From positions 17,334 through 81,333 of the forward strand of contig JAGXTF010000059.1 of assembly GCA_018333525.1 (NCBI GenBank): a stretch of DNA of 64,000 bases. Direction: 5' to 3'. Below the pieces are notes generated by a model, which did not search any database, was not told the origin of the DNA, and worked only from the letters and a program-made list of their open reading frames with translations. The position numbers and the translations under genes were made by a program. Below are positions 1 through 9,597 of the stretch, piece after piece. Within the stretch, counting starts at the first letter, position 1. Each line of letters starts with the position of its first letter. The stretch comes from Bacteroidota bacterium (GTDB lineage Bacteria > Bacteroidota > Bacteroidia > NS11-12g > UBA955).

Positions 1-305
1 AGTAGTATTCTTTTTAATGACATCCCGCCCGCCAGCATGGAAATAAATTCTGACCTGCCCGCAAGCCTGGAAGTGAAATAAAGTACCGTTATAAATATAA
101 ATATCGGGCTGAATGTATTAATTAAATTAGGAATAAAATTGGCGTAATAAGTGAATATTATTCCCTTAATTGGAGCGTTATGTTCAAAAAAATCATCGAG
201 TTTTTCAGCGATATCAAATACGATAATGATGATTACAAAAAGCAGGATGGTAACCACAAATGTGGTTAGAAATTTCTTTGCGATATACCAGTCCAGTTTT
301 TTCAA
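1..305 (-). CDS. LptF/LptG (YjgP/YjgQ) family permease, N-terminal part; the gene continues past the window start
   Basis: Minus-strand translation from a TTG at 303-305 reads LKKLDWYIAKKFLTTFVVTILLFVIIIIVFDIAEKLDDFFEH..., the usual N-terminus and first TM helix of LptF/LptG permeases. It starts 1 nt after the tgt stop, a common tgt-lptG arrangement. It is not in the ORF track because it is truncated by the window edge. Confidence 0.55.
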   Translation of the reverse strand, partial: MKKLDWYIAKKFLTTFVVTILLFVIIIIVFDIAEKLDDFFEHNAPIKGIIFTYYANFIPNLINTFSPIFIFITVLYFTSRLAGRSEFISMLAGGMSLKRIL

Positions 306-1421
306 TTAACGTTTTGCACTTACTTTAATTACCATTTCCTTCTTCCATTGCGCAAAGTCACCTGCAATAATATGTTCTCGTGCCTGGCGAACCAACCACA
401 AGTAAAACCGCAGGTTCTGCAAACTTGCAACAACCGGGCCAAGCATTTCTCCGGACATAAACAAATGCCGAACATATGCCTTGCTGTATTCCGGAGTCAA
501 AGGATCAAGCGAGTCAAAGCTCTCCGCCCATTTCTTGTTGCGGATATTCATGATTCCATTTTCTGTAAAAATGGCACCGTTCCTACCATTTCTCGTAGGC
601 ATAACACAATCAAACATATCAATACCCCTATCTATACACTCCAGAATATTTGCCGGAGTTCCAACACCCATCAAATACCTGGGTTTATCTATTGGTAAAA
701 TTGCCGTTACTTCATCCGTCATCCTATACATATCTTCCACGGGTTCCCCTACACTTAAACCACCAATGGCATAGGCCTCCGCATTCATGGTTTGTACAAA
801 TTCGGCACTCTTTTTTCTCAAGTCACTGTATACACTTCCCTGTACAATCGGCATCAAAGTTTGTTCGTATCCATATAAGGATTTCGTTTTATGGAACTGT
901 TCAAAACACCTGGCAAGCCAGCGATGCGTGAGTTCCATGCTTTTTTTTGCATACGAATAATCACAGGGATACGGTGTACATTCATCAAATGCCATGATAA
1001 AATCCGCCCCGATAATTCGCTGTGTATCAATTACGTTTTCCGGGGTAAATAAATGCCGGGAACCATCAATATGACTTTGAAAAACTACCCCTTCCTCTTT
1101 CATTTTTCGCGCACCGGAAAGGCTGTAAACCTGATACCCCCCACTATCTGTCAACACTGGTCTGGGCCAATTGCTAAAGGCATGTATACCTCCCGCTTTA
1201 TGCATAATTTCATTTCCGGGACGCAAGTACAAATGGTAGGTATTTCCCAAAATAATATCTGCATTTATATCATCCAATAAAAAATTGCGATGGAGGGATT
1301 TTACGGTACCTGCGGTACCAACCGGCATAAATATGGGGGTTCGCACTACACCATGATCCGTAGTGATTTCTCCGGCTCTGGCATGGCTTTCTCCTGCTTT
1401 ATGTGAAATACTGAATTTCAA
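306..1421 (-). CDS. tgt: queuine tRNA-ribosyltransferase (tRNA-guanine transglycosylase)
   Basis: Full-length Tgt homology, including VRTPIFMPVGTAGTVK, DSGGYQ and LSVGE. The ORF track starts at a TTG at 1445. Homology instead favours the TTG at 1419-1421, which gives MKFSISHKAGE... like the canonical MKFEL... N-terminus. That TTG overlaps the upstream gene's TGA as TTGA. Confidence 0.9.
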   Translation of the reverse strand: MKFSISHKAGESHARAGEITTDHGVVRTPIFMPVGTAGTVKSLHRNFLLDDINADIILGNTYHLYLRPGNEIMHKAGGIHAFSNWPRPVLTDSGGYQVYSLSGARKMKEEGVVFQSHIDGSRHLFTPENVIDTQRIIGADFIMAFDECTPYPCDYSYAKKSMELTHRWLARCFEQFHKTKSLYGYEQTLMPIVQGSVYSDLRKKSAEFVQTMNAEAYAIGGLSVGEPVEDMYRMTDEVTAILPIDKPRYLMGVGTPANILECIDRGIDMFDCVMPTRNGRNGAIFTENGIMNIRNKKWAESFDSLDPLTPEYSKAYVRHLFMSGEMLGPVVASLQNLRFYLWLVRQAREHIIAGDFAQWKKEMVIKVSAKR

Positions 1422-2116
1422 TTCTGAGCCATCAGGGTGAGGCAAAATAATTTAGGGTATAATGCCCTCATGGAACCAGAATAATAACTATCCGGCACCT
1501 TCACCAACGCATTATTTATGCCATTTGCCGCGCGTAATTCCACGCATAAATCTACATATTGCAAACGAAATTCAAATCCGGCCCCAAGTTCATAATAATA
1601 CGTATTTGCCTTAATGGCCACAAGTGGTTTGGACGCACCAATTACTACATCTTCATTGCTTTGAAAATCATGAGACCAACGCAGTCCGGACATTACGTAA
1701 AAGCGTGAATTTTTGGGCATCACACTATAATATTTCAAATTTATTGGGACATCAAAAGAAATGGTTTCTATTCGCAAAGTCTGTACCGGTTTGCTTTTCC
1801 AGGTGTATTGTATACTTCGCTGGTGCAAATGCAACATGGTTTGTGCTTTCACTTCAAATCGCTTTTCCGCCCCAAATTTATGGGCAATTGTACCGCCAAA
1901 TGCCCCTCCGGCACCAGCTAATGGACGAACCGCCAACAAGGAATCATTTCGTGCCCAAAATGAAGGATCCAATTCCATTTTCATTTTCGCATTAGTTCCG
2001 GAAAATGCAATTCCCCAATAAATCTGCTTTCGAAAATCCCGGGTTGGATCCACCTTCTGCCCAAATGACAGACTGAAATAACAAAATGCTATGAAAAAAA
2101 ATATTATTTTTTGCAT
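1418..2116 (-). CDS. outer-membrane beta-barrel (porin-family) protein
   Basis: Signal peptide MQKIIFFFIAFCYFSLSFGQ. The protein is about 230 aa with alternating aromatic/hydrophobic beta-strand patterning and a C-terminal aromatic-rich strand. It is co-directional with, and coupled to, tgt. Confidence 0.55.
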   Translation of the reverse strand: MQKIIFFFIAFCYFSLSFGQKVDPTRDFRKQIYWGIAFSGTNAKMKMELDPSFWARNDSLLAVRPLAGAGGAFGGTIAHKFGAEKRFEVKAQTMLHLHQRSIQYTWKSKPVQTLRIETISFDVPINLKYYSVMPKNSRFYVMSGLRWSHDFQSNEDVVIGASKPLVAIKANTYYYELGAGFEFRLQYVDLCVELRAANGINNALVKVPDSYYSGSMRALYPKLFCLTLMAQN

Positions 2117-2832
2117 ACATACATGGTGCTAATTCCAAAAGTAAGCGGGTGGGCAATTGCACTTTCAAACCCACAACTGCGTGCTATTTCAGCAAATTTT
2201 TCGCCTTCAGGAAATTGATTCACACTCTCCGGTAAATACGAATAAGCACGATTGCTTTTTGAAAATAATTTCCCTACTGCAGGTAAAATATTTTTAAAAT
2301 AAAACCAATACAATGCGCTTACCAGTTTGTTTTTGGGCTTGCTGAATTCCAGCACCACCAAATGTGCTCCGGGCTTTAAAACACGGTTAATTTCCTTCAA
2401 TCCATTTTCCAGATTTTCAAAATTCCTCACTCCAAAAGAAACGGTAACAACGTCAAAACTATTGTCTGATAAAGGAAGTTTTTCAGAATCTGCCTGCTGC
2501 AGCTCAATTCTATTTTGAAGGTTTTTCTTTTGAATCTTTGCTCTGCCAACATCCAGCATTCCCTTACTGATATCCACTCCCAGAATATTTACCTCAGGGA
2601 TTTTACTCAGTTCCAATGCTAGATCTCCCGTTCCTGTGGCAACATCCAATATCATTTTGGGCTGAAATTTCTCAATTGTGCGCCTCACTTTTTTACGCCA
2701 GGCTTTATCAATCCCAAACGAAAGCAAGTGATTTAAGAAGTCGTATTTACCGGAAATGTCATCAAACATTTCTTCCACCTGTTGTCGCTTGGAAAGGGAG
2801 GAATCCGGATTTGGCTTTACTATGGCGGTCAA
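2104..2832 (-). CDS. ubiE: demethylmenaquinone / ubiquinone C-methyltransferase UbiE/MenG
   Basis: SAM methyltransferase motif ILDVATGTGDLALEL and VLEFSKP. The 242-aa length and end-to-end similarity fit the UbiE family. Confidence 0.9.
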   Translation of the reverse strand: MTAIVKPNPDSSLSKRQQVEEMFDDISGKYDFLNHLLSFGIDKAWRKKVRRTIEKFQPKMILDVATGTGDLALELSKIPEVNILGVDISKGMLDVGRAKIQKKNLQNRIELQQADSEKLPLSDNSFDVVTVSFGVRNFENLENGLKEINRVLKPGAHLVVLEFSKPKNKLVSALYWFYFKNILPAVGKLFSKSNRAYSYLPESVNQFPEGEKFAEIARSCGFESAIAHPLTFGISTMYVCKK

Positions 2833-2858
2833 AACTTAGGCCCGCAAATATAAGCAAA

Positions 2859-3575
2859 ATGGCTGAATGCGCTGAAACACCAAGCCTGAAGGCACTTCCG
2901 GAAAACTGTGGAGTTGCCGGCAATGATGCAAAGCTGATCCAATTCTCTATTTTTGCACAAAATCGGCTCAGGGCCGCAATTACATTGGAAATTCAAAGAG
3001 CCATATTTAAAGGAAGCTGGGAGCGTGCCGATCAGATGCCAGCAATCAAAATGCCGGAATTCGCCTTTATTGGCAGGAGTAACGTTGGCAAAAGCAGTTT
3101 GATTAACATGCTTTGCAACCACAAAGGGCTGGCTAAAACCAGCGCACAGCCCGGCAAAACACAAACTCTGAATTTGTTTGAAATAGACAAAGTGTGGGCC
3201 ATTACAGATTTGCCCGGATATGGATATGCCAAAGTTTCCAAAGAGCGCAGGTATAAATTTTCCAAAATGATACAATTTTATCTGCAAAAAAGGGAAAACC
3301 TGATGTGCCTTTTCGTTTTGGTGGATATGCGAATTCCTCCACAGAATATTGATATTGATTTTATTAACTGGTGCGGAGAGAATGCCATTCCATTTGTGAT
3401 TTTGGGAACCAAGTGCGATAAACTTTCCGCAGGCAAAAGGCAGGAACAAATGAATATTTTCGGAGAAAAACTTTCCGAAACCTGGGATGAATTACCCAAA
3501 TTTTACGCTACCAGCAGCGAAGACAAAACAGGCCGGGATGATGTTTTGAAATTCATTGCATCCTGCATGAAATAA
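2859..3575 (+). CDS. engB: ribosome biogenesis GTP-binding protein YihA/EngB
   Basis: EngB signature PEFAFIGRSNVGKSSLIN, DLPGYGYAK and TKCDK. The ORF-track N-terminal extension from 2616 overlaps ubiE and is rejected. Start is the ATG at 2859. The in-frame TTG at 2985 gives a more typical length of about 197 aa. Confidence 0.85.
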   Translation: MAECAETPSLKALPENCGVAGNDAKLIQFSIFAQNRLRAAITLEIQRAIFKGSWERADQMPAIKMPEFAFIGRSNVGKSSLINMLCNHKGLAKTSAQPGKTQTLNLFEIDKVWAITDLPGYGYAKVSKERRYKFSKMIQFYLQKRENLMCLFVLVDMRIPPQNIDIDFINWCGENAIPFVILGTKCDKLSAGKRQEQMNIFGEKLSETWDELPKFYATSSEDKTGRDDVLKFIASCMK

Positions 3576-3891
3576 CTATCCTGAAAAAAATTCAAATTTC
3601 AAAAATCTTCATTTCTAATTTCTTGTAAATGGACGTAATATCCATGAAAAAGGAAAATTTTATTGGTGTGCAAAACATAGTAGTATTTAGATTCATATTT
3701 GCCGGAAATGAATATACAATTCTTCTTCTCTTGCCCAGTTTGTCTGAAAATCAGTTCACGGATTTTCAAACATCCATTTGAATATGACAGTGATTCTGCA
3801 TAATCCGTAATACATGTAGTTTCTTTGTAACCGGTATCCCAACTCTAATATGGAACAACTTTTGCGATCTTCATTCGTCTACATTTAAAAC

Positions 3892-4374
3892 ATGCACAAA
3901 TCCATCCTGGTTTTCGGTTTAATTTTCATATCCGTTTTTAATGTCTGCAGCGGTCAGATTGGTGCCAAACGAAGCGTTATCGAGGCATATTTAGGCAAAA
4001 AACAAATTTTTAGTGAACATGTGGAAGGGGATTACTTTACACAGGAATTTAGAACCGGAAAACAGGAAATTACCCAAATCATGTACAACAAAGATTCCAT
4101 TGCTGTAGCACTCACCATTGGAACATTAGATTCATCTATTACGGATATCCTGATTGCAGATTATCTAAAAAATAATTTCTCCGGTTTTGCTGCACATAAA
4201 ATTGGCGCCAACGGTGTGGAAACCTATTATCTGGACACAGTAAAAACAGCCTTAATGATGGTAAAGCACACGAGTTTAAAAGCTAAATCCCCCATTGTTT
4301 CCTTTTCGCTTTGCAACGATCCGGACTTGATAAATTTCTGGATGACCGGTGTGGAATGGTTTAAACCGGAATAG
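3892..4374 (+). CDS. hypothetical secreted protein (signal peptide)
   Basis: N-terminal signal peptide MHKSILVFGLIFISVFNVCSGQ. No recognisable domain. It fills a gap with no competing ORF. Confidence 0.45.
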   Translation: MHKSILVFGLIFISVFNVCSGQIGAKRSVIEAYLGKKQIFSEHVEGDYFTQEFRTGKQEITQIMYNKDSIAVALTIGTLDSSITDILIADYLKNNFSGFAAHKIGANGVETYYLDTVKTALMMVKHTSLKAKSPIVSFSLCNDPDLINFWMTGVEWFKPE

Positions 4375-5841
4375 TTAAGCTTTAATCCAGGTTGCAGCTT
4401 TGGCAATCAACTCGTGCATGGGAACATGCATATGTAAAGTAGCTGAAACTCCCATTTCCTGATTCACCAATTCAGCTTTCGGAAATGAATTTTCTTTTCT
4501 GAAATTAGCCGCCTGGCAGGCACAAAGAAGTTCAATACCCAAAATGGAAGTCACATTTTCCGCAACCTTTAAAGATTTAATTGCGGCATTTGCCCCCATG
4601 CTCACATGGTCTTCCTGTCCGTTTGAACTCATGATAGTATCCACAGATGCAGGAGTACAAAGTTGTTTATTCTGACTGGCCATACTCGCCGCTGAATATT
4701 GCGCAATCATATAGCCGCTGTCTGTTCCGGGATTTGGTGATAAAAACGCAGGTAATCCACGTTGGCCACTAATTAACAGATAAATTCTCCTTTCAGAAAT
4801 ACTACCCAACTCGGAAAGTGCCATTGCTGCATAATCCAAAGTAAGTGCCAATGGTTGACCATGAAAATTCCCTCCGCTTAAAATGAGGTTATCATCTTCG
4901 AAAACCGTGGGATTGTCTGTAACACTATTTAATTCCGTTTCCCAAACAGAAAAACAATATTGAAATGCATCATAACTGGCACCATGTACTTGCGGTATAC
5001 AGCGAAAACTATAAGGATCCTGAACGGCTGGCCTGTTTACTTTTTGCATCGGACTTTGCTTTAAAAATTCCAACATTTCTGCTGCTATTTTTATTTGCCC
5101 TGTATGACTGCGAACGCTGTGCAGTTGCGGGAAATGAGGCTCATTTCGGCACAAATAAACATCTGCTGAAAATGCAGAAATAACAGATAATTTATCCAGA
5201 ATATTTTGTGATATTCGATATAATTCGATGGCATGTGCCAGCATAAATTGGGTACCATTGATCAATGCCAAAGCCTCTTTTGGTTCTAAAACCAATTTTT
5301 CCAATCCGTGTTTTTGCAAAACATCTGCTGCAGAAATATTTCCCAAATCCGGATGGTGCATCTCTCCTATTCCTAATAATGGCAAACACATTTCAGACAG
5401 CGGCGCCAGATCACCGGAAGCTCCCAACGAACCCTGTTCATGTACTTTGGGTGTATATTGATAGTTGTAAAAAAACAGCAATCTTTCTACTACTTCTAAC
5501 CGCACAGCAGAGTGTGATTTCGCAATATTTAATATTTTCAGCAGCAGCATTAATCGCACCAAATTATCCGGCAAATAATTACCGGTACCTGCGGCGTGTG
5601 TGATCAGTAAATTCCGCTGTAGTTCATGTAATTCATTTTCAGGAACAGCCACATTTTGCAGGCTTCCAAATCCAGTATTAATTCCATAAACAGGGGTTTT
5701 GGATTCCTTCAAATATTTCGTTAAAAATGTCGCAGATTTTTGAATGCTTTTTTTGTTCTCATCACTTAATTCGGCAGAATTACCGCTCAACCAGAATTCA
5801 GTAATTTCTTTTAAAGTATAGGTATTTTTCAGAATTGCCAT
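4375..5841 (-). CDS. hutH: aromatic amino acid ammonia-lyase, histidine ammonia-lyase family (MIO-dependent)
   Basis: The Ala-Ser-Gly MIO-forming triad in GSLGASGDLAPLS. Similarity to HAL/PAL/TAL runs the full length. No hutU/hutI neighbours. Confidence 0.8.
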   Translation of the reverse strand: MAILKNTYTLKEITEFWLSGNSAELSDENKKSIQKSATFLTKYLKESKTPVYGINTGFGSLQNVAVPENELHELQRNLLITHAAGTGNYLPDNLVRLMLLLKILNIAKSHSAVRLEVVERLLFFYNYQYTPKVHEQGSLGASGDLAPLSEMCLPLLGIGEMHHPDLGNISAADVLQKHGLEKLVLEPKEALALINGTQFMLAHAIELYRISQNILDKLSVISAFSADVYLCRNEPHFPQLHSVRSHTGQIKIAAEMLEFLKQSPMQKVNRPAVQDPYSFRCIPQVHGASYDAFQYCFSVWETELNSVTDNPTVFEDDNLILSGGNFHGQPLALTLDYAAMALSELGSISERRIYLLISGQRGLPAFLSPNPGTDSGYMIAQYSAASMASQNKQLCTPASVDTIMSSNGQEDHVSMGANAAIKSLKVAENVTSILGIELLCACQAANFRKENSFPKAELVNQEMGVSATLHMHVPMHELIAKAATWIKA

Positions 5842-7214
5842 AAATGCAGGTGTTCCGGAATTTGAATAATCGGGTAATTATGCTGTTCTCCGCTGTTTAA
5901 ATTTTTGAGGGATATGTTTCTGTTTTTCAATTCTTCTTCTCCAATAATTGCAGCAAATGGAATTTTTCTTTGATTGGCATAATCCAATTGTTTTTTTATT
6001 TTTACTGCACCCGGATAAACTTCGGCGGAAATATTCCCTTCACGCAGTATGTTAACGAGTTCAAACGCCATTGGGATACAGGTTTCCAGCATAGGACAAA
6101 TCAATACGCGAACATCATTTCCCGAAATCTCAGGAAATAATTTTGCGGCATCTAAAATATCATAAATGCGATCCAGACCAAATGAAATTCCCACTCCCGG
6201 CACATCTTTTAACCCGAAAACTCCGGTTAAATTATCGTACCGACCACCGCCGCCAATACTCCCAATTTGAAAATTTTCCGGTAATGATTCTGCACTTGGC
6301 ACCACCTCGAAAACCGCGCCGGTGTAATAAGACAATCCCCGAGCTAAAGTGAGATCCAATATAAAATTTTGTTTGGTTTTAACCAGCGAAAATATTCTTT
6401 CTAAATCTGCACAGGCATCCTCCAGCAAGCCGGAGTCACCGCCAGGATGGGATCGGATGGCATCCAATTTTGCATGATTGCTATGAAGGGCATTGGTTTC
6501 AAATAAAAATTGCCAGAAGGAAACAGCATGTTGAATTCCGCTACTTTCCATTTCCTTCTTCACACCTTCAAATCCGATTTTGTCGTTTTTATCTACCAAT
6601 TGCATTAATCTTTGAAGGGCATTTCCACCACCCAAATAATCTGCAAATGCATCAAACAATATTCTATGGTTTATTCGAATCGTAACTGGTAATTGTAAAA
6701 TGGAAAAAACTTCATCATAAATTTTCACCAAATCCACTTCATTCAAAACAGAATCACTACCCACCACGTCAGCATCACATTGCCAAAATTCGCGATACCG
6801 CCCTTTTTGTGGCCTGTCTGCACGCCAAACCTGTTGCATCTGATACCTTTTAAAGGGAAAGGTAATTTTATCGCGATTCATCACCACAAAGCGTGCCAGT
6901 GGAACGGTTAAATCGTAACGCAAACCGCGATCTGAAATACTTTGGAGCACTTTTTTACTATCCCGTTTTTCCAATGCGTCAACATCGGCCTTAGACAAAA
7001 AATCTCCGTTATTCAGAATTTTAAACAACAACTGATCCCCTTCGTCTCCATATTTTCCCTGTAAAGTGCGAAGGTTTTCCATTGCCGGTGTTTCCAATGG
7101 CAAAAACCCGTACAGGCGAAATACACTTTCAATAGCTCCCATAATGTATTTGCGCTTTAGCATCACATCCGGAGCAAAATCTCTGGTACCCGAAGGAAGA
7201 CCCGGTTTTTCCAC
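5829..7214 (-). CDS. hisS: histidine--tRNA ligase
   Basis: Class II aaRS motifs and the N-terminus [21 protein letters not shown]. The ORF track runs to 7430, but those extra 72 aa have no homology. The real start is the GTG (rc of cac) at 7212-7214, giving [13 protein letters not shown].... Confidence 0.9.
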   Translation of the reverse strand: MEKPGLPSGTRDFAPDVMLKRKYIMGAIESVFRLYGFLPLETPAMENLRTLQGKYGDEGDQLLFKILNNGDFLSKADVDALEKRDSKKVLQSISDRGLRYDLTVPLARFVVMNRDKITFPFKRYQMQQVWRADRPQKGRYREFWQCDADVVGSDSVLNEVDLVKIYDEVFSILQLPVTIRINHRILFDAFADYLGGGNALQRLMQLVDKNDKIGFEGVKKEMESSGIQHAVSFWQFLFETNALHSNHAKLDAIRSHPGGDSGLLEDACADLERIFSLVKTKQNFILDLTLARGLSYYTGAVFEVVPSAESLPENFQIGSIGGGGRYDNLTGVFGLKDVPGVGISFGLDRIYDILDAAKLFPEISGNDVRVLICPMLETCIPMAFELVNILREGNISAEVYPGAVKIKKQLDYANQRKIPFAAIIGEEELKNRNISLKNLNSGEQHNYPIIQIPEHLHLWQF

Positions 7215-7299
7215 GGGGCAAAAGTAAAGGAAAGGGGTAAACACTACAAGGAATCTGGCTTCGCCGGGGTATTCAAAAAAAAAAATACAAAAAAACTTG

Positions 7300-7332
7300 T
7301 GCAACCGAAAAGTTGCATATATATTTGCAACC
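7300..7332. promoter_or_regulatory. palindromic operator TGCAAC-N6-GTTGCA plus a third TGCAACC half-site, overlapping a TAnnTTTG -7 promoter element
   Basis: Perfect inverted repeat at 7300-7317. TATATTTG lies at 7320-7327 and TTGCAACC at 7325-7332, directly upstream of the ArsR-family gene. An A-rich tract lies at 7274-7296. Confidence 0.6.
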
Positions 7333-7334
7333 AA

Positions 7335-7679
7335 ATGGTAGCAAATTCTAAAAACAATACCAGACGAGACGTGTTTCAGGCAATTGCAGATCCGACCCGC
7401 AGGGCGATCATTGGGCTGGTGGCACTGCAATCAATGACTCCGAATGCACTGGCAGAACACTTTGATACCAGCCGTCAGGCAGTTTCCAAACACTTGCGAA
7501 TTCTTACAGAATGCCAATTGGTAAGGCAGGTACAACAAGGAAGAGAAATCTATTACCAATTGGAGGTAAACAAAATGAAAGAAGTAGACCAATGGCTCGA
7601 ACAATTCAGAATGATTTGGGAGAACCGCTTTAACGAACTCGACAAAGTATTATTAACCTTAAAAAATAAGCAATCATGA
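7335..7679 (+). CDS. ArsR/SmtB family transcriptional regulator (winged HTH)
   Basis: HTH motif [46 protein letters not shown]. Start moved to the ATG at 7335 (MVANSK...) so that the operator and promoter are upstream of the gene. Confidence 0.8.
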   Translation: MVANSKNNTRRDVFQAIADPTRRAIIGLVALQSMTPNALAEHFDTSRQAVSKHLRILTECQLVRQVQQGREIYYQLEVNKMKEVDQWLEQFRMIWENRFNELDKVLLTLKNKQS

Positions 7680-8176
7680 GAAACGCATTATTATTCGACT
7701 TCACTGTCGACAAAGAGAACAACACCATTTTGGTGAAACGCGAATTCGCTGCAGATGTGGCGATAATTTGGGATGCCTTTACGAAACCCGAGATCTTAGA
7801 TCAGTGGTGGGCTCCGAAGCCCTGGAAAGCCAGAACCAAAGTAATGGATTTCAGGGAAGGTGGCCATTGGATTTATGCAATGGTAGGTCCTGAAGGAGAA
7901 GAGCATTGGGCCCGTGCAGATTTTCAGACAATTGAACCCCAAAAACGGTATACAGGATTGGATGCATTTTCAGATGCCGACGGAGTAATAAACCCGGCAA
8001 TGCCACAATCCACCTGGGATGTACATTTTAAAGCGCAGGACCACAAAACACTGGTAGCATATCATATAGAATTTGGCGACCTGGCGCAACTCGAAGCTAC
8101 CATTCAGATGGGCTTTAAAGAAGGGCTTACACTTGCAATGGAAGGTTTGGATGAATGGCTGGAGGCAAATAAATAA
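7676..8176 (+). CDS. SRPBCC / AHSA1 (activator of Hsp90 ATPase homolog-like) domain protein
   Basis: Length of about 165 aa. The W-rich pattern WWAPKPW..FREGG and its position right after an ArsR regulator are typical of ArsR-AHSA1 operons. Its start overlaps the regulator's stop. Confidence 0.75.
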   Translation: MRNALLFDFTVDKENNTILVKREFAADVAIIWDAFTKPEILDQWWAPKPWKARTKVMDFREGGHWIYAMVGPEGEEHWARADFQTIEPQKRYTGLDAFSDADGVINPAMPQSTWDVHFKAQDHKTLVAYHIEFGDLAQLEATIQMGFKEGLTLAMEGLDEWLEANK

Positions 8177-8184
8177 TTTAAATT

Positions 8185-8679
8185 ATGACAAATAAAACAA
8201 GCATTAAAGCAGAACCCGGGAAACAGGATTTGTTTATAGAAAGGGAATTTGATGCACCCAGAGAATTGGTATTCAGAGCATTTACTGAAAAAGATTTAAT
8301 CGTTCAGTTTTTGGGTCCAAAAAATATGAAAATGGAAATAGAGCACTACGATATGCGTTCTGGTGGATCCTATCGTTACATCCATATGGATGAACACGGA
8401 AACCAGTTCGCATTTCATGGTTCCGTGCATGAAGTTTCATCGCCCCTCAGAATGATTCAAACCTTTGAATTTGAAGGTTTACCGGAAAGAGGACATGTAA
8501 GTATGGACACATCCATTTTTGAGGAACTTCCAGGCAACAGAACCAAATTAACGATTCAATCCGTTTTTCGCTCTGTTTCGGATCGCGACGGAATGATCAT
8601 GTCCGGCATGGAACGCGGAATCAACGAGGGATTTGAACGATTGGATCAAATGTTAAAATCCCAGGTAAGTAATTCTTAA
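8185..8679 (+). CDS. SRPBCC / AHSA1 domain protein (paralog 2)
   Basis: Same fold signature ([15 protein letters not shown]..., GG.Y.Y). Same strand, 8 nt after the previous gene. Confidence 0.75.
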   Translation: MTNKTSIKAEPGKQDLFIEREFDAPRELVFRAFTEKDLIVQFLGPKNMKMEIEHYDMRSGGSYRYIHMDEHGNQFAFHGSVHEVSSPLRMIQTFEFEGLPERGHVSMDTSIFEELPGNRTKLTIQSVFRSVSDRDGMIMSGMERGINEGFERLDQMLKSQVSNS

Positions 8680-8691
8680 TTTATAAAAAAA

Positions 8692-9123
8692 ATGAAAAGA
8701 CAATTCTGGCTTAGTTTACCGGTAAAAGATGTGAAAATATCCAAAGCTTTTTTTACCAAAATGGGATTTGAATTCAATACCAATTATCCGGAAACGGAAC
8801 AAAGTGCATCGCTGATGCTTGGGGAGCATGGAACAGTAGTAATGTTATTTGAAGAAAGCATGTTCAGGGGATTTTGCGGAAATGAAATAAGCGATGCTAA
8901 AAAAAGCAATGAGGTATTACTTTCCATAGATGCATTTTCCAAAGAGGAAGTGGATACATTTGCTCAAAAGGCCATTGCCGCGGGTGGAATATCCAACCAC
9001 AAGCCTTATGAAATGACCGGCTGGATGTATGGTTGCGTATTTTCAGATCCCGATGGACACAAATGGAATGTACTTTATATGGATATGGGGAAAATGCCAA
9101 AACAGGCAGTTCAAAATCCATGA
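8692..9123 (+). CDS. VOC family (glyoxalase/bleomycin-resistance/dioxygenase fold) protein
   Basis: Length 143 aa. The beta-alpha-beta-beta-beta module pattern (WLSLPVKD... and FSDPDGHKW) is typical of the VOC superfamily. Confidence 0.7.
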   Translation: MKRQFWLSLPVKDVKISKAFFTKMGFEFNTNYPETEQSASLMLGEHGTVVMLFEESMFRGFCGNEISDAKKSNEVLLSIDAFSKEEVDTFAQKAIAAGGISNHKPYEMTGWMYGCVFSDPDGHKWNVLYMDMGKMPKQAVQNP

Positions 9124-9174
9124 AAACATTAAAATATTCATAAATTATTCGCATATTTGATACACAAAAAAATC

Positions 9175-9597
9175 ATGAGTACTGAAAGCACAGAAAAAAT
9201 AACTGTTGAAACCATTATCAATAAACCAGTTGATTTGGTCTGGGAATATTGGACAGCACCTGAACATATTCAGAATTGGAACAATGCTTCCGATGATTGG
9301 CACACTCCACATGCTAAAAACGATCTGAGAGATGGCGGTGACTTTATCATCAGGATGGAATCCAAAGATGGCACCATGGGCTTTGATTTCGGAGGAACTT
9401 ACGATCATGTTATTATCCACGAAACCATCAATTATACCATGGGTGATGGCAGAAAAGTTCTGGTAAACTTCGACGGAGAAAATAATGTTACAAAAATTAC
9501 CGAAACTTTTGACCCTGAAAAAGAGAATCCGGCAGAAATGCAAAGAGCCGGCTGGCAGGCCATTTTGGATAATTTTAAAAAGTATTGTGAAAAGTAG
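9175..9597 (+). CDS. SRPBCC / AHSA1 domain protein (paralog 3)
   Basis: DLVWEYWTAPEHIQNW...DGG.F. Start moved to the ATG at 9175 (MSTES...) from the TTG at 9157. Confidence 0.75.
   Translation: MSTESTEKITVETIINKPVDLVWEYWTAPEHIQNWNNASDDWHTPHAKNDLRDGGDFIIRMESKDGTMGFDFGGTYDHVIIHETINYTMGDGRKVLVNFDGENNVTKITETFDPEKENPAEMQRAGWQAILDNFKKYCEK

Noticed and set aside
348-1280. Plus-strand ORFs of 75-116 aa (348..698, 481..774, 650..931, 1053..1280) inside tgt.
   Set aside because: They lie antisense to a strongly supported conserved gene. They have no homology, odd composition and no independent start context. These are spurious antisense ORFs.
2616-2858. N-terminal 81-aa extension of the engB ORF in the track.
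   Set aside because: It overlaps the 5' end of the divergent ubiE gene and has no homology. EngB homology begins about 35 aa before the G1 motif, so the start was moved to 2859, or possibly the TTG at 2985.
2829-3449. 206-aa minus-strand ORF antisense to engB.
   Set aside because: It lies entirely within a conserved GTPase gene on the opposite strand. It is Cys/Phe-rich low-complexity sequence with no domain.
3576-3891. 316-bp gap screened for tRNA or ncRNA. The other gaps (9598..9860, 25093..25293, 33613..33818, 48966..49181, 63404..63642) were screened the same way.
   Set aside because: No cloverleaf-compatible sequence was seen, with no GTTCGA/TTCGAATC T-arm motifs or conserved D-arm. 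These are AT-rich promoter-like spacers. I cannot run a covariance model, so small ncRNAs remain possible.
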